Shown in pieces: positions 28,540-38,215 of a DNA stretch of 64,000 bases (positions are counted from its first letter, which is position 1; every line of letters starts with the position of its first letter). The notes beneath the pieces are model-generated. The model did no database searches, had not been told where the DNA came from, and saw nothing but the letters and a program-made list of their open reading frames with translations. The position numbers were made by a program, and so were the translations under genes. The DNA is from an uncultured Candidatus Saccharibacteria bacterium (lineage in GTDB: Bacteria > Patescibacteriota > Minisyncoccia > Phycocordibacterales > UBA5272), in contig CAYQUK010000001.1 of NCBI GenBank assembly GCA_964420875.1, positions 9,946-73,945 on the forward strand, given 5' to 3'.

Positions 28540-29151
28540 ATGAAAAATATCTTTAAAAACAAAAGAGTGAGAGGATTTGCAATGGTGGAAGCCATGGTTG
28601 CTATTACTATACTTCTTGTTGTTGTTACAGCCCCACTCACTCTCGCATATCAAATAGAAAAGAGATCGAGGATAGCTAGCACCAGAGCCCAAGCTACATA
28701 CCTTGCGAACGAAGGGATAGAGCTTATGATATTTTTTAGAAAGTCTCTGGAGACTTATTGCACTACTTATCCAACTGTGGACGAGTGCGCACAGGGGTCG
28801 TCCGCTGCCACTACTTCTTTTGCTATGTTCTTATCAAAAATGTCTGCAGTTTGTTTAGATACCGGTACGTGTCGTTTTGATAAGACCAGTTTTGATCCAA
28901 ATAATGCATCCTATGCGGATAACCCTACCTGTACACTGCTGTATCGTAACTCTTTTGGTGAGTATGTCTGTAATCAAACAGCAAGTAGTACTAGATTTTC
29001 TAGGTATGTGTCACTGTCTAGGTCTGATAGATGGAAAGATAGATCTGCTGCTAATCAGTGGTACACAGGTGTAAAAATTATCTCCACAGTATGTTATGAC
29101 AATGGTATATGCAATGATAAAATACAATTGACCTCATATGTCTATCAATAA
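28540..29151 (+). CDS. Minor pilin / pseudopilin
   Basis: ...VRGFAMVEAMVAITIL prepilin N-terminus. Confidence 0.65.
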   Translation: MKNIFKNKRVRGFAMVEAMVAITILLVVVTAPLTLAYQIEKRSRIASTRAQATYLANEGIELMIFFRKSLETYCTTYPTVDECAQGSSAATTSFAMFLSKMSAVCLDTGTCRFDKTSFDPNNASYADNPTCTLLYRNSFGEYVCNQTASSTRFSRYVSLSRSDRWKDRSAANQWYTGVKIISTVCYDNGICNDKIQLTSYVYQ

Positions 29152-29758
29152 ATTTAAAAATAAAAACAGAGGTTTTGTTCTTGGCATTGCCATGATAGTT
29201 TTGACTGTGCTACTCACTCTCTCCATATCAATCACAATCATACTGTTGCGCGATCTAAAGGGTAGCAATATTAGCTATGACACCAGAGTGGCTAGTGCTC
29301 TGGCTGATTCGGCATTAATGTGCGCAGAGTCAATTTTTAAGAATTTTAAGAGTAACTCTAATGATAGAAGTCTGTTCCCTATAGATATGTCCGAAGCTCC
29401 AAACTATCATTTTAATACTTCTGGTAAGTTTGCATATGTTGACCCTACTACTGTCGGATGTTTTGATGTTCCTATTTTCCCGGCATCTTTACATGCTGGT
29501 GCGGCGCCGGCCACCGGGACAGTGTCTACGTCAAACTACAGTAGCATTACAACAATAACTTATTCTACTGTAGGGTCGTACTCACAGGGTACCAAAGTCT
29601 GGTCTCAGATAAAAAGAAATGATTTTGCCAGGTCCGCATGTGCTGAAATAGAGATGCACACTACATCTACCGGTGCAGTGCTGATAATAGGACGTGGTAA
29701 GGTCCCTTGCGACTCCACATCTAGGGTAGAGCGTGTGGTAGTAAAAAGATACAATTAA
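29138..29758 (+). CDS. PilX-like minor pilin (no Glu+5)
   Basis: ...NRGFVLGIAMIVLTVLL prepilin-like N-terminus lacking E5. Confidence 0.5.
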   Translation: MSINKFKNKNRGFVLGIAMIVLTVLLTLSISITIILLRDLKGSNISYDTRVASALADSALMCAESIFKNFKSNSNDRSLFPIDMSEAPNYHFNTSGKFAYVDPTTVGCFDVPIFPASLHAGAAPATGTVSTSNYSSITTITYSTVGSYSQGTKVWSQIKRNDFARSACAEIEMHTTSTGAVLIIGRGKVPCDSTSRVERVVVKRYN

Positions 29759-29778
29759 ATTTGCTATAATATAGCAAT

Positions 29779-31776
29779 ATGGCAGGAGATAGTAATGAAA
29801 TAAAAAGATTGCTGGCATTACGCGCCGAGCTGGATAAACACAGGCATTTGTATCATGTTTTAGACAAGCCTAGTATTAGTGACGAGGCATATGATGGCAT
29901 GATGACAGAGTTGTTAGAGTTGGAAAATAAGTACCCAGAATACAGAGATAAAAATTCTCCAACTACGCGAGTGGGCGGTGATGTGCTAGATAGTTTTAAA
30001 AAAGTAAAACATGAGATTAGACAGTGGAGTTTTGATAATGTTTTTTCATATGAAGAGCTTCGTAATTGGGAAGATAGGAATATAAAAATTTTAGAAAAAG
30101 ATAATATTAAAATTAAACCAAATTATATTTGTGAGCTAAAAATAGATGGTCTAAAAGTGGTTTTGACTTATAAAGCTGGAGTGCTGGTAATGGCAGCAAC
30201 TCGTGGTGATGGTGAAGTGGGGGAGGATGTGACGCACAATGTGCGCACCATCAGGTCTATACCTTTAGAGCTAAGTAAAAAAATAGACATGATAGTTGTC
30301 GGTGAATGCTGGATAAAGAAAAGTGATTTAGAAAAGTTTAATCAACAATTAGTAAAAGATGGGGAGGAAGAGTATGCTAATCCGCGCAACTTGGCGGCAG
30401 GGACACTTCGTCAACTTGACTCATCTGTGGCGGCAAAACGTAATTTACAATTTTTTGCATATGATATAGACAAATGTTCGACAGGTATGAAGCAAACTCA
30501 AAAAGAGGAGTTAGATTTTTTACATGAGATGGGATTTATGGTTAATGATAATTCAAAATTTGCAGACAGTATTGAAGGTGTGCAAAAAATATATGATGCC
30601 TTTGTTGAGAAGAGAAATGATTTCCCGTTTGGGGTGGATGGTATGGTTATAAAAATTAATCAAAGAGAGATTTTTGAAAGTCTTGGCTATACAGCAAAGG
30701 CGCCGCGTGCTGGTATCGCTTACAAGTTCCCTGCAGAGCAGGCTGTGACTGTTGTGGAGGATATTACAGTACAGGTTGGACGTACTGGTGCTATTACACC
30801 AGTCGCACATCTAAAAAAGGTCTTGATAGCTGGCAGCCAGGTCAGTCGAGCTACACTTCATAATCAAGATGAGATAGACAGACTAGATGTGCGCGTTGGT
30901 GACACTGTGATAATACAAAAAGCAGGCGACATCATACCAGAGGTGCTTGAGGTGGTTATGAGTCTGCGCCCCGAGAAAACTAAAAAGTATTCGCTTCCAA
31001 GTGTGTGCCCAGCATGTCAGTCGCAACTCACAAAGCGTGACGACAGCGTGGCGCTTTACTGTTTGAACGCTGAGTGTCCTGCAAAGCATCTCGAGCAGTT
31101 GGTGCACTTTGTTTCTAAAAAGGCTATGAATATTGACGGCTTAGGAGAAAAGATAATATATGAATTTAACGAGCTCGGCCTCATCACTGATATGGCATCA
31201 ATATATGAATTAAAGGTTGAAGACATAAAAGATTTATTTGGATATGGAGAAAAGAGTGCGGAGAATATTATATCCTCTGTGAACATTAGTAAGAATGTAA
31301 CACTTTCAAAGTTTATTTATGCACTCGGCATTATACATATTGGTGAGACTACGGCCAAGCTGTTGGCAAAGCATTATAAAAGTTTTGAGAAGTTTAGAAA
31401 TACAAATGAGAACGAGTTGCTCGAGGTTGACGGTGTTGGTGAGGAGTCTGTAAAAAGCATCTTGTCATATTTTGCTGATAACAAAAACAAAACTTTATTA
31501 GAAAGACTTTTAAAATATATAAAAGTCTCAGATGAGAAAAATGAGAACGTGTCAGAAAAGTTACAGGGTAAAACATTTGTAATAACAGGCACTCTCAGCC
31601 AGTCTCGTGACTATTTTAAAAATGAGATCGAAAGCAATGGTGGTAAGGTCTCGAGCAGTGTGTCTGCAAAAACTGATTATTTGCTTGCAGGCGAAAATGC
31701 TGGGTCAAAGCTCTCTGATGCGACAAGGTTGGGCATTAAAATCCTGGACGAAAACGAATTTAAAAAGTTATTTTAG
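29779..31776 (+). CDS. ligA: NAD-dependent DNA ligase LigA
   Basis: KxDG adenylation motif (ELKIDGLKV). OB, Zn-finger (CPACQSQL...C...C), HhH and BRCT regions. 665 aa. Confidence 0.9.
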   Translation: MAGDSNEIKRLLALRAELDKHRHLYHVLDKPSISDEAYDGMMTELLELENKYPEYRDKNSPTTRVGGDVLDSFKKVKHEIRQWSFDNVFSYEELRNWEDRNIKILEKDNIKIKPNYICELKIDGLKVVLTYKAGVLVMAATRGDGEVGEDVTHNVRTIRSIPLELSKKIDMIVVGECWIKKSDLEKFNQQLVKDGEEEYANPRNLAAGTLRQLDSSVAAKRNLQFFAYDIDKCSTGMKQTQKEELDFLHEMGFMVNDNSKFADSIEGVQKIYDAFVEKRNDFPFGVDGMVIKINQREIFESLGYTAKAPRAGIAYKFPAEQAVTVVEDITVQVGRTGAITPVAHLKKVLIAGSQVSRATLHNQDEIDRLDVRVGDTVIIQKAGDIIPEVLEVVMSLRPEKTKKYSLPSVCPACQSQLTKRDDSVALYCLNAECPAKHLEQLVHFVSKKAMNIDGLGEKIIYEFNELGLITDMASIYELKVEDIKDLFGYGEKSAENIISSVNISKNVTLSKFIYALGIIHIGETTAKLLAKHYKSFEKFRNTNENELLEVDGVGEESVKSILSYFADNKNKTLLERLLKYIKVSDEKNENVSEKLQGKTFVITGTLSQSRDYFKNEIESNGGKVSSSVSAKTDYLLAGENAGSKLSDATRLGIKILDENEFKKLF

Positions 31777-31794
31777 TTGTGATATAATATCCCT

Positions 31795-32085
31795 ATGAAC
31801 AAAGAAGAATTTGCTTATTTGGAGGGGTTGGCAAAGGTTACAATTGATGAGAGTAAGCGCGAGCAGTATGCAAAAGAGATATCTGATATTTTGGCATATG
31901 TAAAAGAGGTGCAAGATGTGGATACTAGTAGTGTGGATGGTACAGTCGTGGCTGATGGTACGCCACATGATGTTTATAAGGGTGACGAAGTGATGTTTGA
32001 CGGTGAGCATAGAGACAAGGCTTTGGCCAATGCCCCAGCAACACAAAACGGATATTATAAAGTATCACAAGTAATCAAACAATAA
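31795..32085 (+). CDS. gatC: Asp/Glu-tRNA(Asn/Gln) amidotransferase subunit C
   Basis: 96 aa. Position directly upstream of gatA. EISDILAYVKEVQDVDT motif. Confidence 0.75.
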   Translation: MNKEEFAYLEGLAKVTIDESKREQYAKEISDILAYVKEVQDVDTSSVDGTVVADGTPHDVYKGDEVMFDGEHRDKALANAPATQNGYYKVSQVIKQ

Positions 32086-32086
32086 T

Positions 32087-33478
32087 ATGAAAGACTCGAT
32101 AATTTTAGGACTTGCAGAAAAAATTAAAAACTCATCAGTACATGATGTGGTATTTGAATATGTAAATGTTATCAAAAGCAAAGACGCTGAGATAAAGGCT
32201 TTGCTCGAGCTTTACAGTGATGAGGACATAGAGGCGCAGATCGCTGTAGCTCAGGCTATGCTCGACGCTGGTAAAGGGACTACGATGACAGGTGTCCCGA
32301 TAGTAATAAAAGACAATATATGTTTTGATGGACACACAGCGAGCGCAGGAAGCAAGATGCTCGAGAATTATCGCGCGACATATGACTCGACAGTAGTAAA
32401 GAAATTAAAAGAAGCTGGAGCGATAATAGTCGGTCGTGCGAACATGGATGAGTTTGCAATGGGTAGCTCAACTGAAAATAGTGCTTATCAAAAGACATTG
32501 AACCCGATAGACAAGTCATGTGTACCAGGTGGGTCATCGGGTGGGTCTGCGGCCGTGGTGGCATATGGTGGTGTGCCTGTGTCGCTCGGATCTGATACAG
32601 GAGGATCAGTGCGTCAGCCAGCATCATTTACCGGGACCGTTGGATTAAAGCCTACATATGGATCAGTGAGCCGTTACGGACTAATCGCAATGGGGTCATC
32701 ATTAGACGTTATAGGAACATTCACAAATACTGTAGCAGACTCAAAAATCATTTTTGATATTATAAGTGGGCAAGATAAAAAAGACGCTACAACTATTACG
32801 GATATTCCTAAAAAAGAATTTAGAAAGAAAATCGGTGTGCCGATGGGATTCATAAATCAAGAAGGAGTGGATGCTGAAATAAAGGCGAATTTTGATAAAG
32901 TTGTACAAGGTTTAAAGACCTCTGGTTATGAAGTTGTAGATATTAATATTAAGAATATAGAAAAAGCTTTGGCTGTGTATTATATTTTGATGCCAGCAGA
33001 AGTTAGCAGCAACCTAGCTAGATTTGAAGGTGTGAGATATGGTAAGCATGTTGATGGCAGGTCACCAACAGAGAGTATGATGCTAAGTCGTGGGGCAGGA
33101 CTGGGTCCCGAGCCCACACGCAGATCACTACTCGGCGCATATGTGCTCTCTAGCGGATACTATGATGCGTATTATTACAAAGCTGTATCAGTGCGTGATA
33201 TGTTGAAAAAAGAATTTGTAAAAACATTTTCTGATGTAGATGTTATATTGACACCAACATCACCTATTTTACCTTGGAAGTTTGGAGATAAACATGATCC
33301 ACTATCAATGTATTTGGCTGACATATTTACAGTGCCAGCTAACATTGTAGGTGTCCCGGGTATCAGTGTCCCATCAGGTAAATCAGAATCAGGGCTACCA
33401 TTTGGAGTGCAGGGGTTAGCAGCATGGGGACAAGAGGAGCACTTATTCACTATCGGAGAGGATATCGAAAGGTTATAA
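32087..33478 (+). CDS. gatA: Asp/Glu-tRNA(Asn/Gln) amidotransferase subunit A (amidase)
   Basis: Amidase signature GGSSGGSAAVVA with a Ser-cisSer-Lys triad context. 463 aa. Confidence 0.85.
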   Translation: MKDSIILGLAEKIKNSSVHDVVFEYVNVIKSKDAEIKALLELYSDEDIEAQIAVAQAMLDAGKGTTMTGVPIVIKDNICFDGHTASAGSKMLENYRATYDSTVVKKLKEAGAIIVGRANMDEFAMGSSTENSAYQKTLNPIDKSCVPGGSSGGSAAVVAYGGVPVSLGSDTGGSVRQPASFTGTVGLKPTYGSVSRYGLIAMGSSLDVIGTFTNTVADSKIIFDIISGQDKKDATTITDIPKKEFRKKIGVPMGFINQEGVDAEIKANFDKVVQGLKTSGYEVVDINIKNIEKALAVYYILMPAEVSSNLARFEGVRYGKHVDGRSPTESMMLSRGAGLGPEPTRRSLLGAYVLSSGYYDAYYYKAVSVRDMLKKEFVKTFSDVDVILTPTSPILPWKFGDKHDPLSMYLADIFTVPANIVGVPGISVPSGKSESGLPFGVQGLAAWGQEEHLFTIGEDIERL

Positions 33479-33485
33479 TAGATGT

Positions 33486-34871
33486 GTGTATTCTTTTAGC
33501 TTAGACTATATTTTTAATCGCGTATATGATGGACTTCTTTGGCTAAAATATATTTGGTATTTTTGGATTAAGAGAATGTCTCCAGAAGATTATCTTTTGA
33601 ATGTACAAGGCGAAGAGTGGGATGGTTTACGGGATAGAGCGTGGTTGGCAACTTCTACCAGTGAGACAGGTGGGTCTGGTTTAGGGGTGCTTGATAATTT
33701 TGGTATCAACACAACTCGTGATACAGATGGTGACGGTATACCTGATATACGTGATTCAAAGACTTTTGATGCCAACAACCTAACAACAGAAAAAATAAGA
33801 GAGCTTTTTGGAGATCAATTATCATGGACAGACCATGTGCGCATGTTTTTCGGTATGGACCCTAGAGATTTTGATGGTGACGGGATACCGGACAGTGTAG
33901 AGTTGGATAAAGGCATGGATGCTAATAGTCCGGACACTGATCATGATGGTGTTCTGGATGGAGACGAGATATTCAAAGGTCTTGACCCTCTTAACAAGGA
34001 TACAGATGGTGACGGTGTAATAGATGGGCGTGATGCATACCCAGCAGACAGTTATAGATCTGTAGAATACGATGACATAGACACTGATGGTGACGGTATA
34101 GGTGATAAATATGAAAAGTTAATAGGGTCTAATATTAACAGTGTTGACACTGATAGTGATGGGATAATGGACAATTATGATTTTTATCCAAATGACGCAA
34201 ACAACACATCAAATGTCACAGATACCTTGCATGCTGTAGTTTCAAACAGTACTAGCGGTTTTACATTGTCTATACAAAATAACTTTTTGTCATTCCTAAC
34301 AGACGTTTTGACAATACTCTCGCTATTCATGTTGCCGCTGTTTATATTTATATTCTATTTGTGGTTAATGAGAATGCGTGCAGCTGTGGAGCATTATGAG
34401 CATATGTTCCAGGGTGCCATAGGTTATGACGATGTATACGGTAAACATGCAAAACACGATACTGATGACAGTCACCATGACAATACAAAAACTGAAGTGA
34501 TACATGCACATAACCCTAGAGTCGTAGCGCATGAGATAGACCCACCAAAAGAGTCTGAGTATGTAAAACATCCACGCTGGGCAATGGTAGAGGACTACAT
34601 GTCTAGTGACCACGATGCATTGTGGAGAATAGGCATACTTGAGGCTGACAACCTATTACATGATGTTATGCGTACCGCAGGGTATCCAGGACAGGACCTC
34701 GGCGAAATGCTAAAAGAGGCCAACTTTAGATCTATTGACCTGGCATGGGATGCACATAAAATACGCAATAAAATAGCTCATGAGGGCATGCAATACACAT
34801 TAACAGAAAGAGAGGCCAGGAGAGCTTTTGCTATGTATGAGGCTGTATTTAAAGAGTTGAAAGTTATCTAA
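33486..34871 (+). CDS. Membrane protein with thrombospondin-type-3-like Ca-binding repeats and a C-terminal HEPN-like domain
   Basis: At least five DTDGDGIPD/DTDHDGVLDGDE/DTDGDGVIDGRD/DTDGDGIGD/DTDSDGIMD repeats. A hydrophobic segment near the N-terminus and a clear TM at LTDVLTILSLFMLPLFIFIFYLWLM. C-terminal ~150 aa contains HKIRNKIAHEG, i.e. an R-N-xxx-H HEPN catalytic-type motif. The true start may be the internal ATG (MSPEDY...). Confidence 0.55.
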   Translation: MYSFSLDYIFNRVYDGLLWLKYIWYFWIKRMSPEDYLLNVQGEEWDGLRDRAWLATSTSETGGSGLGVLDNFGINTTRDTDGDGIPDIRDSKTFDANNLTTEKIRELFGDQLSWTDHVRMFFGMDPRDFDGDGIPDSVELDKGMDANSPDTDHDGVLDGDEIFKGLDPLNKDTDGDGVIDGRDAYPADSYRSVEYDDIDTDGDGIGDKYEKLIGSNINSVDTDSDGIMDNYDFYPNDANNTSNVTDTLHAVVSNSTSGFTLSIQNNFLSFLTDVLTILSLFMLPLFIFIFYLWLMRMRAAVEHYEHMFQGAIGYDDVYGKHAKHDTDDSHHDNTKTEVIHAHNPRVVAHEIDPPKESEYVKHPRWAMVEDYMSSDHDALWRIGILEADNLLHDVMRTAGYPGQDLGEMLKEANFRSIDLAWDAHKIRNKIAHEGMQYTLTEREARRAFAMYEAVFKELKVI

Positions 34872-34899
34872 TACTGTGTTATTGTGTATATACACAGAT

Positions 34900-34970
34900 C
34901 GCGGGGTAGAGTAGAGGTAGCTCGGGAGGCTCATAACCTCCAGGCGGACGTTCGATTCGTCCCTCCGCAA
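34900..34970 (+). tRNA. Initiator tRNA-fMet (anticodon CAU)
   Basis: cgcgggg acceptor with C1xA72 mismatch. A11:U24 in the D-stem. Anticodon loop ctCATaa. T-arm ggacg-ttcgatt-cgtcc. CCA not encoded. Confidence 0.7.
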
Positions 34971-34981
34971 CAAGAATAGAC

Positions 34982-35010
34982 AAAGGCCGTCGCGTAGCGA
35001 CGGCCTTTGT
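34982..35010 (+). terminator. Hairpin terminator after tRNA-fMet
   Basis: aaaggccgtcgc-gta-gcgacggccttt then tgtctt. Confidence 0.6.
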
Positions 35011-35050
35011 CTTGAAAATATCTCAGTTTTATGTTATTTTACTATGTATC

Positions 35051-35124
35051 GTCGGCATAGCTCAGTTGGTTAGAGCGTGGGACTCATAAGCCCAAGGTCG
35101 GTGGATCGTTCCCACCTGCCGACA
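35051..35124 (+). tRNA. tRNA with anticodon CAU (elongator Met or lysidine-modified Ile2) with an atypical T-loop
   Basis: gtcggca|ta|gctc-agttggtta-gagc|g|tggga-ctCATaa-gccca|...|ggtgg-atcgttc-ccacc|tgccgac|a. Perfect canonical D-arm. T-loop begins with A instead of T54. 31:39 is an A·G mismatch. Confidence 0.6.
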
Positions 35125-35182
35125 CAAATAGACTGTTAGGAATAGCCATATTCAAGCTTCGCTTTGATGTTATACTTTCTAT

Positions 35183-36289
35183 ATGTTAAGTAAAATAAAA
35201 CAAGCGATAAGTAATAGTGAGATATTAACTGGCAACAGGAAAACTCGCGTAGCGATAAATGGTTTTGGTCGTATTGGGCGCGCATTTTTAAAGGTCGCTA
35301 TAGAGAGAAATGAATTGAATGTTGTAGCTGTGAACGATCTCGGTGACATACACAACATGGCATACCTGCTCAAATATGACACAGTATACGGTATCAGTGA
35401 CTTTGATGTTGATGTAGAGGAGGTGAGTGAGATAGAGAAATATCTCATAATCAAAACAGATGTAGACCACAAGATAAAATTTGTACAGCAAAAAGATCCC
35501 ACATTGTTACCTTGGAAAGATCTAAATATTGATATTGTTATCGAGAGTACAGGGCTCTTCACCTCATGGGATAAAGCAAAAGTTCATATCGCCAGCGGAG
35601 CAAAACGCGTAGTTATATCAGCGCCTGCAAAGGCTGGGGAGGATGCATCTGTAAATGGTGAGACAGTCTTGCTCGGTGTAAATGAAAACAAGTTATCATC
35701 TTGCGATATATCTTCTAATGCATCATGCACTACTAATGCATCGTCACCAGTCATAGCGATACTGGATGAAGCGATAGGAATTGAGAAGGCGATACTCTCG
35801 ACTACGCACGCATATACAGCATCACAATCAATAGTCGACGGTCCAAATAAAAAAGATTATCGTGAAGGTCGCGCTGGAGCCCAAAATATTGTCCCATCAT
35901 CAACAGGTGCTGCTATAGCAGTCACAAAGGCATTCACTCAGCTGTCGGGTAAGTTCGACGGTATATCTATTCGTGTGCCTGTGCCAGCGGGATCAATAGC
36001 TGATATCACATTCATTGCAAAGCGCAACACCACAGCAGAGGAGGTTAATGATATATTGCGTAAAGCTGCACGGACAGATAGATGGAAAATGATTTTTGAT
36101 GCAACAGATGAGGAGTTGGTGAGTAGTGACATACAGGGCAACATTCATGCATCAATAGCAGACCTTAAGATGACACGTGTAGTAGATGGTAATCTAGTAA
36201 AAGTTCTGGCTTGGTATGATAATGAGATGGGGTATACTCACACACTAGTTGAACACGCTGTTAAGGCTGGTAAACTTATAACTGATTAA
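35183..36289 (+). CDS. gap: Glyceraldehyde-3-phosphate dehydrogenase
   Basis: INGFGRIGR NAD-binding motif, ASCTTNA catalytic Cys. 368 aa. Confidence 0.9.
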   Translation: MLSKIKQAISNSEILTGNRKTRVAINGFGRIGRAFLKVAIERNELNVVAVNDLGDIHNMAYLLKYDTVYGISDFDVDVEEVSEIEKYLIIKTDVDHKIKFVQQKDPTLLPWKDLNIDIVIESTGLFTSWDKAKVHIASGAKRVVISAPAKAGEDASVNGETVLLGVNENKLSSCDISSNASCTTNASSPVIAILDEAIGIEKAILSTTHAYTASQSIVDGPNKKDYREGRAGAQNIVPSSTGAAIAVTKAFTQLSGKFDGISIRVPVPAGSIADITFIAKRNTTAEEVNDILRKAARTDRWKMIFDATDEELVSSDIQGNIHASIADLKMTRVVDGNLVKVLAWYDNEMGYTHTLVEHAVKAGKLITD

Positions 36290-36290
36290 T

Positions 36291-36746
36291 ATGAAAATAT
36301 ATCTCGCAACAGATCATGCAGGTTTTGAATTAAAAGAGATGGTCAAGAGCTATTTAGAGACTAACTATACTGATTGTGAGATAGAGGACTGTGGAGCATA
36401 TGTTTACGATGAGCTAGATGACTACCCTATATATATCAAACAGGCTCGTGAGGCTTTGGCTTATGATATAGAAAATGGACTGGACTCTAGAGCTATAGTG
36501 TTCGGAGGGTCTGGTGAAGGTGAGGCGATAGTTATGAATAGACAAAAAGGCGTCAGGTGTACGACGTACTATGGTACTAATTTAGATATTGTTAGGCTTG
36601 GGCGTGAACACAATGACGCTAATGCCATATCTTTTGGTTATAGATTTGTAGAAGAAGAGGAGTGCTACAAGGCTGTTGATATGTTTTTGAGTACAGATTT
36701 TGAAGGAGGTCGTCACGTAGCAAGGGTGGATGAAATAGATAACTAA
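36291..36746 (+). CDS. rpiB: Ribose-5-phosphate isomerase B
   Basis: MKIYLATDHAGFELKE N-terminus. 151 aa. Confidence 0.8.
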   Translation: MKIYLATDHAGFELKEMVKSYLETNYTDCEIEDCGAYVYDELDDYPIYIKQAREALAYDIENGLDSRAIVFGGSGEGEAIVMNRQKGVRCTTYYGTNLDIVRLGREHNDANAISFGYRFVEEEECYKAVDMFLSTDFEGGRHVARVDEIDN

Positions 36747-36749
36747 TAT

Positions 36750-37358
36750 ATGAAAATAATGATAACTCCAGCAATACTTGAAAACAGTTTTGATAATGTT
36801 TGTTTTCAATTAGATAGATATGTTGAGGTGGCAAAACGTGTTCAGATTGATCTCGTAAAATGGAAACCAACTGGCACTGAGGAGTTGCCACATTGGGATA
36901 TATATGATTTTGAATTTGACTTACTTGGGCAAAGCGACATGGAGACTTTAGAAAAAGTAAAAGACATGGGCGCGGCTTTTGTGGTCTGGCATTTGAATGA
37001 TAAAGTAACAGCAAAAGAGGCCCATGAATACTGCAGAGAATATGAGATGCAAATGGCTATTTGTGGCGATGTCGATAGCGTCTTAAAAGATATAGACAAT
37101 TGTGACTATGTGCAGCTGATGGGTATAGATCATGTCGGTTTCCAAGGGCAAGCATTCAGAGAGGGGGTGATAGATGATATTAAAAAGGTCTGTCAAAACT
37201 CAGATAAGAATATTCAAATAGATGGAGCGATGAATGAAGATACAATAAAGAGATGCCTTGATGTTGGCGCTACACAATTTGCTGTAGGTAGCGCCCTTAA
37301 GAATACGTTAGATGTTGTATCCACATATCGCAAACTCAAAAACATAGTACACTCATAA
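36750..37358 (+). CDS. rpe: Ribulose-phosphate 3-epimerase-like TIM-barrel protein
   Basis: LMGIDHVGFQGQAF resembles Rpe VNPGFGGQ. 202 aa. Pentose-phosphate context. Confidence 0.5.
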   Translation: MKIMITPAILENSFDNVCFQLDRYVEVAKRVQIDLVKWKPTGTEELPHWDIYDFEFDLLGQSDMETLEKVKDMGAAFVVWHLNDKVTAKEAHEYCREYEMQMAICGDVDSVLKDIDNCDYVQLMGIDHVGFQGQAFREGVIDDIKKVCQNSDKNIQIDGAMNEDTIKRCLDVGATQFAVGSALKNTLDVVSTYRKLKNIVHS

Positions 37359-37359
37359 G

Positions 37360-38214
37360 ATGAGTTTGACTGATATTGAAATACATAAACTAGAGGCACG
37401 AGCAAAAGAGATCAGAGTTTCAATCATTGAGATGTTGCTTGAGGCAAAAAGTGGGCACACAGCTGGACCACTAGGCATGACTGATGTGTTTACGGCTCTT
37501 TATTTTAAAGTATTGAAACATGATCCAAAGGCTTCAGACTGGATACATCGTGACAGATTGATACTTTCAAATGGCCATATCGCTCCTGTATTGTATGCGA
37601 CCATGGCTCATGCGGGATATTTTGCTGTCTCAGAGTTGAAAACCTTAAGAAAATTTGGTTCCAGATTGCAAGGTCACCCACACAGAGAATTCTTGCCATC
37701 TCTCGAAACCTCCAGTGGACCACTCGGTTGCGGACTGTCTCAAGCTATAGGTATGAGTCTGGCAGATAAAATGTTGGGAGGTTTACCAAAGAACTTTTAT
37801 TGCCTCATGGGGGATGGAGAGATGAATGAGGGTAATGTTTGGGAGGCGATGCTTAACCTATCTAAATATAATCTTACAAATATAATAACTATTATTGACA
37901 GAAATGGTATACAAATAGATGGTAGAACAGAAGATGTGTTGCCACTCGAGTCATTATCCGAAAAGCTAAAGGCTTTTAATTTTAATGTTTTAGAAATAGA
38001 TGGACACAATATGATGGAAATAGTAAATGCTATAAACATAGCAAAGAGTAACAGCATACAACCGACTATGATAGTAGCTCACACTGTTCCTGGTCGCGGT
38101 TACAAAGACATAGAGGGTGATTATCATTGGCATGGCAAAGCGCCAAATAAAGAGGAGGCGAGAGCTGCATTGCGAGAGATCAGAACTATGGGAGGGAAAA
38201 TTAATTTTGAATAA
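37360..38214 (+). CDS. Transketolase, N-terminal (TPP-binding) subunit of a split enzyme
   Basis: SGHTAGPLGMTD and GDGEMNEG motifs. 284 aa. Confidence 0.8.
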   Translation: MSLTDIEIHKLEARAKEIRVSIIEMLLEAKSGHTAGPLGMTDVFTALYFKVLKHDPKASDWIHRDRLILSNGHIAPVLYATMAHAGYFAVSELKTLRKFGSRLQGHPHREFLPSLETSSGPLGCGLSQAIGMSLADKMLGGLPKNFYCLMGDGEMNEGNVWEAMLNLSKYNLTNIITIIDRNGIQIDGRTEDVLPLESLSEKLKAFNFNVLEIDGHNMMEIVNAINIAKSNSIQPTMIVAHTVPGRGYKDIEGDYHWHGKAPNKEEARAALREIRTMGGKINFE

Positions 38215-38215
38215 A

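Noticed and set aside
18107-29758. Missing PilQ secretin as an annotation gap
   Set aside because: No candidate ORF with secretin features exists in or near the locus. Absence is more likely biological (monoderm-type envelope) than a missed gene.
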